From positions 842,331 to 906,330 of the forward strand of contig DASPLQ010000012.1 of NCBI GenBank assembly GCA_035627515.1: a stretch of 64,000 nucleotides of DNA. Reading direction: 5' to 3'. The translations under genes were made by a program, and so were the position numbers. The notes under the pieces are model-generated. The model worked only from the letters and a program-made list of their open reading frames with translations, did not search any database and had not been told where the DNA came from. The DNA is from Vitreimonas sp. (GTDB lineage Bacteria; Patescibacteriota; Microgenomatia; UBA1400; PJMF01). Below are positions 1-8,025 of the stretch, piece by piece (within the stretch, counting starts at the first letter, position 1; each line of letters begins with the position of its first letter).

Positions 1-943
1 ATACACCCGCTTTTTGTCAGTCCCATTAGCCGTGGTGCAAAGTATCTCGGTGTTATCACTTTTAAATTCTCAAGCTTTATTACAAACCACGGAGCCACTA
101 GCGGTGGTAGCTATTATTAGTACTTTGGTAGCCGGTTCGATGATTCTGATGTGGCTCGGCGAGTTAGTGAGTTTATACGGAATTGGGAATGGTATTTCGA
201 TGGTATTGTTTGCAGGTATTGTCAGTCAATTTCCGATTGCGATGGCTCAAACCTTATCTGTAGCTTCCTCACAACAATTTTTGCGGTTGGCTACTTTTGG
301 CGCGGTGTTCTTAGTAGTGATTGGTTTTATTGTGTTTATGAACGAGGCGATCCGCAAAGTCCAAATCCAGTATGCCAAGCGGGTGCGAGGAAGTCGCATG
401 TACGGCGGTCAAACTACCCACTTACCAATCCGCGTCAACGTCACCGGCGTGTTGCCAATTATCTTTGCCGTTTCACTGATGTTGATTCCATCTTTTGCTT
501 CACAATTGATGATTCGTTCTGGCAATGGCATGTTGCTGGATTGGGGACAAAAATTGACGATTTGGTTCAATCCCACGTCACCAATTTATATGATCACGTA
601 CTTTGTGATTGTGTTTTTCTTTACCTTTTTCTCAGCGTTGATTTTCTTTAATGCCCAAGATATTTCTGAAGAATTAAAAAAGAGTGGCGCGTTTGTGCCC
701 GGTATTCGCCCTGGTGGCCCCACCAAAAAATTCCTAGAGTACGTGGTGACACGGATCACCTTAGCAGGTGCCATTTTCTTAGGCTTCATTGCGATTTTGC
801 CTTCTTTAGCACAAAGCTTTACAGGTATTCAATCGTTAGCGATTGGTGGTACGAGTGTTTTGATTGTAGTCTCAGTTGTTTTGGAAACTGCCAAACAAGT
901 TCAAAGTTTATTAGTTGGTCAAAATTACGACCAATATAGTTAG
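1..943 (+). CDS. secY: Preprotein translocase SecY, C-terminal ~310 aa; the 5' end lies upstream of the window
   Basis: ORF 14..943 is open to the window edge. It encodes multiple TM helices and the SecY-like motif GNGISMVLFAGIV. It sits immediately upstream of adk-map-infA, as in canonical spc/alpha clusters. Confidence 0.85.
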   Translation, partial: YTRFLSVPLAVVQSISVLSLLNSQALLQTTEPLAVVAIISTLVAGSMILMWLGELVSLYGIGNGISMVLFAGIVSQFPIAMAQTLSVASSQQFLRLATFGAVFLVVIGFIVFMNEAIRKVQIQYAKRVRGSRMYGGQTTHLPIRVNVTGVLPIIFAVSLMLIPSFASQLMIRSGNGMLLDWGQKLTIWFNPTSPIYMITYFVIVFFFTFFSALIFFNAQDISEELKKSGAFVPGIRPGGPTKKFLEYVVTRITLAGAIFLGFIAILPSLAQSFTGIQSLAIGGTSVLIVVSVVLETAKQVQSLLVGQNYDQYS

Positions 944-999
944 TAATAGACCCCGCTAAGCGCGGAGTGATCAAGCTGAGCTTGGTCAAAGGAGAAACC

Positions 1000-1536
1000 A
1001 TGAAATTGATTTTAATCGGCATTCAAGGTGCTGGTAAGTCAACTCAAGGCAATATGCTCTCTGCTGCCTTGGGGATTCCTTACTTATCTTCAGGTCACGT
1101 GTTTCGAGAGATGGCTAAAGATAAATCAGAGATTGGCCGCTGGCTTAAAGAAACCTTAAATGCTGGCGCCTTAGTTCCTGACAAAGAAACTTTAGAGATT
1201 ATCTTAACGTACTTAGCCAAGCCTGAATATGCTAAAGGGTATATTTTAGATGGTTTTCCTCGTACGGTTCCTCAAGCTGAGGCTTTTGGTGATGAAGCAG
1301 GTAAAGTTGTTTACCTCGATGTTTCAGACCGCGAAGCCTTATGGCGTATTTCTGGCCGTGTCAGTGATCGTCAAGATGAGACGTTGCACGCTATCCGCAA
1401 ACGCATTGAGTTATTCCATGAAAAAACTGAGCCAGTGATCGAGTATTATCGTGATCAAGGTAAGTTGATTCAAGTAAATGGTGAAATGGAAGTCCAGGCC
1501 GTGTTTGATGACATCATGAAGCATTTGCAGAAGTAA
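1000..1536 (+). CDS. adk: Adenylate kinase, short form (~178 aa)
   Basis: Begins MKLILIGIQGAGKSTQG, a P-loop. Contains the GFPRTVPQAEAF segment typical of Adk. I take the internal ATG at 1000 as the start rather than the ORF-track start at 967. Confidence 0.9.
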   Translation: MKLILIGIQGAGKSTQGNMLSAALGIPYLSSGHVFREMAKDKSEIGRWLKETLNAGALVPDKETLEIILTYLAKPEYAKGYILDGFPRTVPQAEAFGDEAGKVVYLDVSDREALWRISGRVSDRQDETLHAIRKRIELFHEKTEPVIEYYRDQGKLIQVNGEMEVQAVFDDIMKHLQK

Positions 1537-1554
1537 AGTTTTAATTGAGTTTTT

Positions 1555-1587
1555 AAAAGCCCCTGCCGTGAAGGTGAGGGGCTTTTT
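1555..1587 (+). terminator. Rho-independent terminator after adk
   Basis: AAAAGCCCCT-(12-nt loop)-AGGGGCTTTTT: a perfect 10-bp GC-rich stem followed by a T-run, 19 nt after the adk stop codon. Confidence 0.75.
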
Positions 1588-1708
1588 AGTGGTCTGCGAT
1601 ATTTTTTGTCTTAAACTTGCAGAGGGTAAATTTGATATAAGTTTACACACCTTCATAGGTAATTACTTTAGAAGTGTATCTGGACAGTGTCCATTGTGTA
1701 CAACATGC

Positions 1709-1778
1709 ACATTTTGACTGTAATGACGTGCATCCAGATGAGCTTCTAAACAGCGAGAAAGTAAGGTCAGGGGGGGTG
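1709..1778 (+). promoter_or_regulatory. Copy 1 of a conserved intergenic element (TTTTGACTGTAATGAC...CTTCT...AAGTAAGG...GGGGG)
   Basis: Aligns by eye with 36987..37046; the 16-nt identical core is at 1712-1727. Confidence 0.4.
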
Positions 1779-1812
1779 GTTTGATATAATATGTTAAATA
1801 AGGGGAAAATAT

Positions 1813-2034
1813 ATGACAAAAGAATACGGTAAAACACCAGTAGATTTCGACCAATTACTAAAGAATTCAGAGGCGAAATTTCAAAGATATTTCGAGTTAT
1901 TGAATCTTTTTGATCTTCATGGCACTGCTGAAGAAAAAGCAGAAGCGCAAACTTTGATAGCTGCTCATGATCCTGAAAAAATATTTAACTTTTTAATAAG
2001 AATTGAGCAGCGCGTTAAAGAAGCCAACAAATAA
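1813..2034 (+). CDS. Hypothetical small protein (73 aa) inserted between adk and map
   Basis: Intact ORF with a strong SD (AAGGGGAAAATAT-ATG). Charged, helical-looking, no recognisable family. Confidence 0.55.
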   Translation: MTKEYGKTPVDFDQLLKNSEAKFQRYFELLNLFDLHGTAEEKAEAQTLIAAHDPEKIFNFLIRIEQRVKEANK

Positions 2035-2037
2035 TCT

Positions 2038-2781
2038 GTGAATTTAGACTCTGTTAAAATCACTGCCATGCGTGAAGGCGGCAAAAAGCTAGCTCGAGTT
2101 CGTGATGCGCTGGCAGTTTATGTGAAAGTGGGGAGCACTTTTGAAGAAATTGAAGCTGAAGCCCAGCGGTTAATTAAAGCCGAGGGAGCCGTCCCGAGCT
2201 TTTCTACAGTCGAAGGTTATGATTGGGCCACCTGTCTGATGCGCAATGAAGAAATGTGTCATGGCATTCCCCAAGGCAAAAAAGTCGAGGATGGTGATGT
2301 CATTAAAATTGATGTGGGTTTGATTTGGCAAGGGTATCACTTGGATACTACCACCACGGTAGTATCTGGCACTTCTTCGCCGGAAAAAGATGAGTTTCTA
2401 GCAGTCGGCAAACGCTCACTGGAAAAAGCCATCGGTCGAGCCACGCTGGGTAATACCGTTTATGACATCAGTGCTGCGATGCAAAAAGTAGTTGAACGTC
2501 ATGGTTATAGTTGTGTCTATCAGCTATGTGGTCATGGCATTGGTAAAAAACTCCATGATGAACCTGAGATACCCTGTTTAGCCCAGCGCCGCGACAAAAA
2601 AGAAAAACTGTATGAAGGCCAAACTGTAGCGATTGAAATTATGTACGCTGTCGGTAATGCCTTTTTAGAATTAGCTCCCGACGGCTGGACCTACAAAACT
2701 GCCGATAACTCCTTGGCAGGCATGTTTGAAGAAACAGTGCTGATTACTAAAGATGGTCCTGAGATTCTGACCCGTATATAG
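2038..2781 (+). CDS. map: Methionine aminopeptidase type I
   Basis: 247 aa; the VKITAMREGGKKLARVRDALAVYV segment aligns by eye to the MetAP type-I N-terminal region, and the ORF sits at the canonical map position between adk and infA. GTG start. Confidence 0.85.
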   Translation: MNLDSVKITAMREGGKKLARVRDALAVYVKVGSTFEEIEAEAQRLIKAEGAVPSFSTVEGYDWATCLMRNEEMCHGIPQGKKVEDGDVIKIDVGLIWQGYHLDTTTTVVSGTSSPEKDEFLAVGKRSLEKAIGRATLGNTVYDISAAMQKVVERHGYSCVYQLCGHGIGKKLHDEPEIPCLAQRRDKKEKLYEGQTVAIEIMYAVGNAFLELAPDGWTYKTADNSLAGMFEETVLITKDGPEILTRI

Positions 2782-2796
2782 GGTATAATCCGCCCC

Positions 2797-3936
2797 ATGT
2801 CAGGTCAAACTGAAAAAGCCACCGTTCCATTAGAGCGGACCCAGCCTCATTTCAATCGTGAATTATTAGGTTTTAATACCTTGGGTATAAAGCAAATGAA
2901 GATTGGCAGTGACCAACTTAAAACAGTTGCTGATGCGCCAAAATTGGAGAAGCTCTTCACTATTATCAATATTATAGATTTAGTAACTCAGCTTGGTCCT
3001 TTTTTAGAGCTAGCTATTAAAAAAAATGGTGTCTTGACCATTAAAGAAATAGAGCAATTCCTACCGACCTTTTTAAAATTGCTTCGTTTTTCTGATATTA
3101 AGGATGTAATTCGTTTAGATCACAAAACTAAAAATCAATTAGAACTAATTGAGGGCGCTTTTCTCTTGCCGTTTATTCCAGGTTTGTTAATGTTTTGCTT
3201 AGTACTTAATTACACAGAGAATATTGCATATGTTTGTTGTTTACCAGCTATATTATCTACAGTACCAGCGATGGCGATCGGAATGCTGGCAGAGTCTAAA
3301 AAAGAACAGAAAGTGAGTCAGGCTATTCAACAGTATTTACCACAAGGCTTAAATAAGCTAGCAGAAGCATTAAGTCAATTTACACACACAGAAGCTGTGA
3401 ATGAGATCATGAAGAGGTTTCCCAACCCGCGTCAAGCTTTATCAAACGATACACATCGATTGTTAACAAAAATAATTTCCACACCAAATTTAAATCAAAA
3501 AAAATTCATAGAGATAATGTGTAACGAATTTAACCTTATGATTTACCAAAGGAATTTGCGTTCAGAGTCAAATGAATACCCCTTTTTGAGTAGCATCATA
3601 AAGTTGTTCCCCAATGTTGAAAGTATGGTAATTAAGAAGCTTCCTGACTTTAAGGTTATTTTAGCTGCTCCAGACATTATGGAAGCCCTAGCGTGTGTTG
3701 CTAATAGACCAAATGAGCATGTTCGCCACTTAGTCCATCGATGGCGAAATGAATGGTCTCTTAAAGGTTATGTAAGGGACGTCACTGAGGAAAAATTTTC
3801 AACAGTAAGCTTTGGTTTAAATAACTTAGCTAAAGGGGCACTTCTGGCTCTTCCCGACGATACTCAAAAAGTTACCACTCAAGTTGAAGAATTAATTAAT
3901 CGCCTTCAAGCTGCTGCAGACCCCAACAGCAATTAG
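2797..3936 (+). CDS. Hypothetical protein (379 aa), AT-rich insertion in the ribosomal cluster
   Basis: Long intact ORF between map and infA with no recognisable domain. Local GC (~30%) is clearly below the flanking ribosomal genes. One hydrophobic segment (CCLPAILSTVPAMAIGML). Confidence 0.6.
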   Translation: MSGQTEKATVPLERTQPHFNRELLGFNTLGIKQMKIGSDQLKTVADAPKLEKLFTIINIIDLVTQLGPFLELAIKKNGVLTIKEIEQFLPTFLKLLRFSDIKDVIRLDHKTKNQLELIEGAFLLPFIPGLLMFCLVLNYTENIAYVCCLPAILSTVPAMAIGMLAESKKEQKVSQAIQQYLPQGLNKLAEALSQFTHTEAVNEIMKRFPNPRQALSNDTHRLLTKIISTPNLNQKKFIEIMCNEFNLMIYQRNLRSESNEYPFLSSIIKLFPNVESMVIKKLPDFKVILAAPDIMEALACVANRPNEHVRHLVHRWRNEWSLKGYVRDVTEEKFSTVSFGLNNLAKGALLALPDDTQKVTTQVEELINRLQAAADPNSN

Positions 3937-3970
3937 CCTTTTAGCCCCCTTTCTGCTATAATTACCAGAT

Positions 3971-4300
3971 ATGGGTAAAGTTCAAGAACATAAACGCGCT
4001 GCCAAAGCTAAACGCCAAGTAGATTTAACGAGTGATTCAGCCGATCGAGACGATCGCTTCGAAGTCGAAGGTATTGTTGAAGATTGTTTACCCAACACCA
4101 TGTTTCGCGTCAAAGTCACCTCGAGTCCAGTTCCCCAGATGGTGGGCCGTACTTTGATTGGTACCTTAGCTGGAAAGATGCGTTTATTCCGGATTCGCGT
4201 TATGCCAGGCGACGGCGTCAAGGGTTATGTCAGTAAATATGACCTCGAAAAGTGTAAAATTACCTTTAGATCAGCAAAAAGAGAGTCGCAGTCAATTTGA
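3971..4300 (+). CDS. infA: Translation initiation factor IF-1 with an N-terminal ~35-aa basic extension
   Basis: Core VEGIVEDCLPNTMFRVKV...GKMRLFRIRVMPGDGV...YDLEKCKITFR matches the IF-1 S1-fold. The extra Lys/Arg-rich N-terminus and an internal insertion are unusual. Confidence 0.85.
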   Translation: MGKVQEHKRAAKAKRQVDLTSDSADRDDRFEVEGIVEDCLPNTMFRVKVTSSPVPQMVGRTLIGTLAGKMRLFRIRVMPGDGVKGYVSKYDLEKCKITFRSAKRESQSI

Positions 4301-4360
4301 GACTTGCTGAACTAAACAACTTGAGGTATATTTCACTTCTGTCTAAAATTGGATTACATC

Positions 4361-4474
4361 ATGAAAGTTAGATCTTCAGTCAAAACCATGTGCATGAATT
4401 GCAAACTCATCAAACGCAGAGGTGTGTTGCGTGTAGTCTGTAGTAATCCTAAACATAAACAACGACAAGGATAA
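4361..4474 (+). CDS. rpmJ: 50S ribosomal protein L36 (37 aa), missed by the >=60-aa ORF track
   Basis: Hand translation gives [37 protein letters not shown], with the CxxC...C...H zinc-ribbon pattern of L36. It lies in the canonical position between infA and rpsM. Confidence 0.85.
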   Translation: MKVRSSVKTMCMNCKLIKRRGVLRVVCSNPKHKQRQG

Positions 4475-4482
4475 TTGCGCGT

Positions 4483-4890
4483 ATGCCACGTATTGCCGGT
4501 CTCGACCTTCCAGAACATAAAAAAATTCGCTTTGCTTTACGCTATTTATATGGTGTTGGTCCAACCAATGCTGATGAAATTTTAACTGAAGCTCAAGTCA
4601 ACCCTGACAAGCGCGCTCGTGAATTAACCACTGACGAAGTCGGTCGGATTCAACGCGTGTTGGAAAAACACAACATCGAAGGTAACTTGCGCCGCTTAGT
4701 TAATGACAACATTGATCGCTTGAAAAGAATTAAAGCATATCGAGGTTTACGCCACATAGCAGGTTTGCCTTCTCGTGGTCAACGCACTCGTTCTAATAGT
4801 CGTACTCGCCGTGGTGGTAGTCGTAAGACTGTGGGAGCCATGACTAAAGAAATGGCAGCCAAGCTCGATGCAGCAAAGAAAACTAAGTAA
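4483..4890 (+). CDS. rpsM: 30S ribosomal protein S13
   Basis: MPRIAGLDLPEHKKIRFALRYLYGVGPTNADEIL... matches the S13 N-terminus; basic C-terminal tail. Confidence 0.95.
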   Translation: MPRIAGLDLPEHKKIRFALRYLYGVGPTNADEILTEAQVNPDKRARELTTDEVGRIQRVLEKHNIEGNLRRLVNDNIDRLKRIKAYRGLRHIAGLPSRGQRTRSNSRTRRGGSRKTVGAMTKEMAAKLDAAKKTK

Positions 4891-4911
4891 CTAAACAACT
4901 AAAATAAAATC

Positions 4912-5313
4912 ATGTCACAACCAACGAAAAAAGCACCTATCGGCAAAAAAACTATCGCTCGCAGTATTCCTAAGGGCAGAATTTACATTACTGCTACTTT
5001 TAATAGTACCTTAGCAAGTGTGACTGATGAAACAGGTAATGTGTTGTGCTGGTCAACTACTGGTGAGTCTGGTTTTTCTGGTTCACGCAAATCTACTCCC
5101 TATGCTGCGACCATCACAGTCGAAAACGCGATTAATAAAGCTCGTGCTTACGGTATGAATCAAATGGATGTATTTATTAAAGGTCCAGGGCCTGGCCGCG
5201 ATGTGGCACTCAGAGTGTTACGCGCTCAAGGTATCAGAGTTGGCATGATTGCTGATATGACACCGATGCCTCACAACGGAACCAAACCACGTAAGGCCAA
5301 ACACAATAAATAA
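4912..5313 (+). CDS. rpsK: 30S ribosomal protein S11
   Basis: GRIYITATFNSTLASVTDETGNVLCWSTTGESGFSGSRKSTPYAA is the S11 signature region. Confidence 0.95.
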   Translation: MSQPTKKAPIGKKTIARSIPKGRIYITATFNSTLASVTDETGNVLCWSTTGESGFSGSRKSTPYAATITVENAINKARAYGMNQMDVFIKGPGPGRDVALRVLRAQGIRVGMIADMTPMPHNGTKPRKAKHNK

Positions 5314-5322
5314 GGAAAAACG

Positions 5323-5350
5323 TAATTACTTAATTACTAAATTACTCAAT
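5323..5350 (+). repeat. Three tandem octamers TAATTACT/TAATTACT/AAATTACT directly upstream of the rpsD ATG (no SD sequence present)
   Basis: Read directly at 5323-5346. The same AATTACTN octamer array recurs upstream of rmlB at 41599-41638 (minus strand). Confidence 0.6.
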
Positions 5351-5352
5351 CT

Positions 5353-5961
5353 ATGGCACGTTACACAGGACCAAAAAACAAATTAGCTCGAAAAGTTGGC
5401 GAAGATCTTAATTTAAAGACTAACGCTATCAAGAGTAACAAGCGAATTTCCATTCGCCCTGGTCAACACGGCAATAAAGGTCGTAAAAAATTATCAGGCT
5501 TTGGTCAACAATTAAAAGAGAAACAAAAATTGAAGTATGTGTATGGGGTGTTGGAAAAACAACTGCGCAACTTATATGAAGTAGCCAGTAAGAACCCTAC
5601 CGCCACTGGTGCTGCTTTACTGGGTTTGTTAGAACGCCGCTTAGATAATGTCGTTTACCGTTTAGGTTGGGTGCCTACCCGAGCTGCTGCTCGCCAATTA
5701 GTGGCACATGGTCATGTTGTCGTTAATGACCGCAAGGTCTTAGCTCCTTCATATCGAGTCAAAGTCAAAGATGTCATTATGCTTCGTCAAAAGGCCACCT
5801 CGATTCCGACGGTATCAGCCTTATTAAAAGATGAAGTATCCAACATCCCAACTTGGCTGAAGCGCAAAGGTCCAGCTGGCTCAATTGAGCGCTTACCTGA
5901 GCGAACCGATATTGATTCCAATATCGATGAACAATTAATTGTGGAGTTCTATTCCCGCTAA
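5353..5961 (+). CDS. rpsD: 30S ribosomal protein S4
   Basis: MARYTGPKNKLARKVGEDLNLKT is the S4 N-terminus; S4 domain with LDNVVYRLGWVPTRAAARQLVAHGHVVVNDRKV. Confidence 0.95.
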   Translation: MARYTGPKNKLARKVGEDLNLKTNAIKSNKRISIRPGQHGNKGRKKLSGFGQQLKEKQKLKYVYGVLEKQLRNLYEVASKNPTATGAALLGLLERRLDNVVYRLGWVPTRAAARQLVAHGHVVVNDRKVLAPSYRVKVKDVIMLRQKATSIPTVSALLKDEVSNIPTWLKRKGPAGSIERLPERTDIDSNIDEQLIVEFYSR

Positions 5962-5969
5962 CGTGGGAT

Positions 5970-6000
5970 GAGGAGCGTCGCGCTCAGCGAGACACTCCTC
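5970..6000 (+). promoter_or_regulatory. GC-rich imperfect hairpin between rpsD and rpoA. No T-run follows, so it is not a classic intrinsic terminator; possible processing or attenuation stem.
   Basis: GAGGAG-cGTCGCGctcaGCGAGACa-CTCCTC, read directly. Confidence 0.3.
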
Positions 6001-6085
6001 AAGTAATAAGTAAATTATTAATTATCCGGCTACGGATTCCATAAATCGTAAAGGTTTACGGGAGGCGAAACAAGGAAAACAGTAT

Positions 6086-7030
6086 ATGGTACAAGACGTC
6101 ACTCTTTATTCAACAGCTAACCCTAGCTTTCACATCGAAGAAAAAGCAGAGGGCATGACTCATGCTGTGTTAAGCATCGAACCTTTAGAGCAAGGCTATG
6201 GCCACACTTTAGGTAATGCTTTACGCCGCGTGTTGTTAAGTTCTTTGCCAGGTAGTGCTATCACTTCCGTGCGCATTCAAGGTGTTGATCACCAATACAC
6301 TACTTTAGAAGGCATGAGTGAAGATGTGGTGGAATTGATCTTAAACTTAAAGCAATTGCGCATCAAAGCAGATGCTGATCGTTCTGGTGTGTTACGCCTT
6401 AACGTCACTGGTGCTAAAGAAGTGACCGGTGCTGATATCGAAGCCGAAGCTGGTTTCGAAGTCGTTAATCCTGAACTTCACATCGCTAGTTTAGCCAAAG
6501 GTAAATCATTAGTAGTGGAAATGACAGTAGAACCAGGTAATGGTTATGTCATGGCTGCTGATCGCAAATCAAACATCATTGGTGAAATTCCTCTTGATGC
6601 TTTATTTTCACCTGTGGTCAAAGTTTCTTATCAAGTCGAAGCCACCCGGGTGGGTCGCCGCACTGACTATGATCGCTTAATTTTAGACATTCAAACTGAT
6701 GGCACTTTGTCACCAATGGATGCTTTAAAACAGTCAGCTAAAATCTTAGCTCGCCAATTTACACAGGTTTTTGATCCAGTGATGAGTGAAACCCCGACTG
6801 AAGACAGTAAACTCAGTCCTGAAGAAGCTGAAGTCTTAAAATTAACGGTAGAAGAATTAGATTTACCAACTCGGATTGCTAACGCCCTGCGTAAGGGTGG
6901 TTTCAAAACCGTTGGCGACTTAGTTGGTGCTCCACGCAACACCGTTGCTAAAGTTAAAAACTTAGGCGAAAAGAGTGTGGACGTGATTAATGAAGCACTG
7001 ATGAAAAAGGGCGTGACATTGGGCGAATAA
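6086..7030 (+). CDS. rpoA: DNA-directed RNA polymerase alpha subunit
   Basis: 314 aa. The N-terminal domain has GYGHTLGNALRRVLLSSLPGSAITSVRI. The alpha-CTD has LDLPTRIANALRKGGFKTVGDLV. SD GGGAGG lies upstream. Confidence 0.95.
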   Translation: MVQDVTLYSTANPSFHIEEKAEGMTHAVLSIEPLEQGYGHTLGNALRRVLLSSLPGSAITSVRIQGVDHQYTTLEGMSEDVVELILNLKQLRIKADADRSGVLRLNVTGAKEVTGADIEAEAGFEVVNPELHIASLAKGKSLVVEMTVEPGNGYVMAADRKSNIIGEIPLDALFSPVVKVSYQVEATRVGRRTDYDRLILDIQTDGTLSPMDALKQSAKILARQFTQVFDPVMSETPTEDSKLSPEEAEVLKLTVEELDLPTRIANALRKGGFKTVGDLVGAPRNTVAKVKNLGEKSVDVINEALMKKGVTLGE

Positions 7031-7039
7031 GGGAGCATC

Positions 7040-7591
7040 ATGAGACATCGAATTGCACATAAACACTTTAACCGCGATACCAATCATCGCAAGGCTTTGT
7101 TGAAAAACTTAGTCCGATCTTTGATAGAGCAGGGCGAGATTACCACTACCGTGGAAAAAGCTAAAGAAGTCCGTCGCGTGGCTGATAAATTAATCAGTCA
7201 AGCTAAAGAAGGTTCGATGGCTGTCCGCCGTACCTTACACCGGTTCTTTGGTCGTCGTGACGCTGTCAACACCTTAGTTGATCGCGTGGCTCCGGCTTTA
7301 AATGATCGCACTTCTGGTTTTACTCGCCTGAGTGTGAGTGGCAAGCGCCGTGGCGACAATGCTACTTTAGCCACCTTAACACTAGTGAACAAACCAGCAA
7401 CTTTGGGCACATTGAAGAGTGGTCAAGAGTTTGTAAAGCCAGCTGCCACAACCAAGAAAGCTGAGCCTAAAGCCGAAGTTAAAGCTAAAGCTAGTAAAGT
7501 GGCCTCACCAGCTGTAAAAGCTGCGCCTGCTAAAGCTACTAAACCAGCCGCCAAAAAAGCTGCTGCTAAGAAAACAGAAAAGAAATCATAA
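7040..7591 (+). CDS. rplQ: 50S ribosomal protein L17 with a ~60-aa Ala/Lys-rich (histone-H1-like) C-terminal tail
   Basis: N-terminus MRHRIAHKHFNRDTNHRKALLKNLVRSLIEQGEITTT is L17. The C-terminus is KPAATTKKAEPKAEVKAKASKVASPAVKAAPAKATKPAAKKAAAKK. Confidence 0.9.
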   Translation: MRHRIAHKHFNRDTNHRKALLKNLVRSLIEQGEITTTVEKAKEVRRVADKLISQAKEGSMAVRRTLHRFFGRRDAVNTLVDRVAPALNDRTSGFTRLSVSGKRRGDNATLATLTLVNKPATLGTLKSGQEFVKPAATTKKAEPKAEVKAKASKVASPAVKAAPAKATKPAAKKAAAKKTEKKS

Positions 7592-7593
7592 GT

Positions 7594-8019
7594 ATGACGA
7601 ATACCAATACGTACCAACAAAAACCAGCTGAAGTCACTCGCGAATGGCTCGTGGTAGATGCCAAGGGTCGAGTCTTGGGTGAAGTTGCTTCAGAAATTGC
7701 TTTTAAATTGATTGGCAAACACAAAGTTACATACACTCCGCACGTAGATGGTGGTGATTATGTGGTGGTGATCAATGCTAAAGAAGTCGAAGTGAGTGGT
7801 ACTAAAGCTACCAACAAAGTGTACTATCGCTACTCCGGTTATCCCGGTGGTTTGAGTAAAAAGACGTTTGCTGAGGTCCAAGCTGATCGCCCAGAACGAA
7901 TTATCGAACAAGCCGTTTATAATATGTTACCTAAGAATAAATTGCGCACTTTCCGCATGGATCGATTAAAAGTCTATGCCGGTGCCGAGCATAAGCACCA
8001 GAGTCAGGTGAAAGGTTAG
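7594..8019 (+). CDS. rplM: 50S ribosomal protein L13
   Basis: EWLVVDAKGRVLGEVASEIAFKLIGKHKVTYTPHVDGGDYVVVINA is the L13 signature. It immediately follows rplQ, with no truA/ecf genes between. Confidence 0.93.
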   Translation: MTNTNTYQQKPAEVTREWLVVDAKGRVLGEVASEIAFKLIGKHKVTYTPHVDGGDYVVVINAKEVEVSGTKATNKVYYRYSGYPGGLSKKTFAEVQADRPERIIEQAVYNMLPKNKLRTFRMDRLKVYAGAEHKHQSQVKG

Positions 8020-8025
8020 ACCATC

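Noticed and set aside
151-651. 166-aa plus-strand ORF overlapping secY in another frame
   Set aside because: Entirely embedded in the strongly supported secY reading frame. Cys/Arg-rich nonsense composition; typical alternative-frame artefact.
3982-4221. 79-aa minus-strand ORF antisense to infA
   Set aside because: Antisense to a well-supported conserved gene; no RBS; Arg/Ser-rich low-complexity translation.
6691-7083. 130-aa minus-strand ORF antisense to the rpoA C-terminus
   Set aside because: Antisense to rpoA; spurious.
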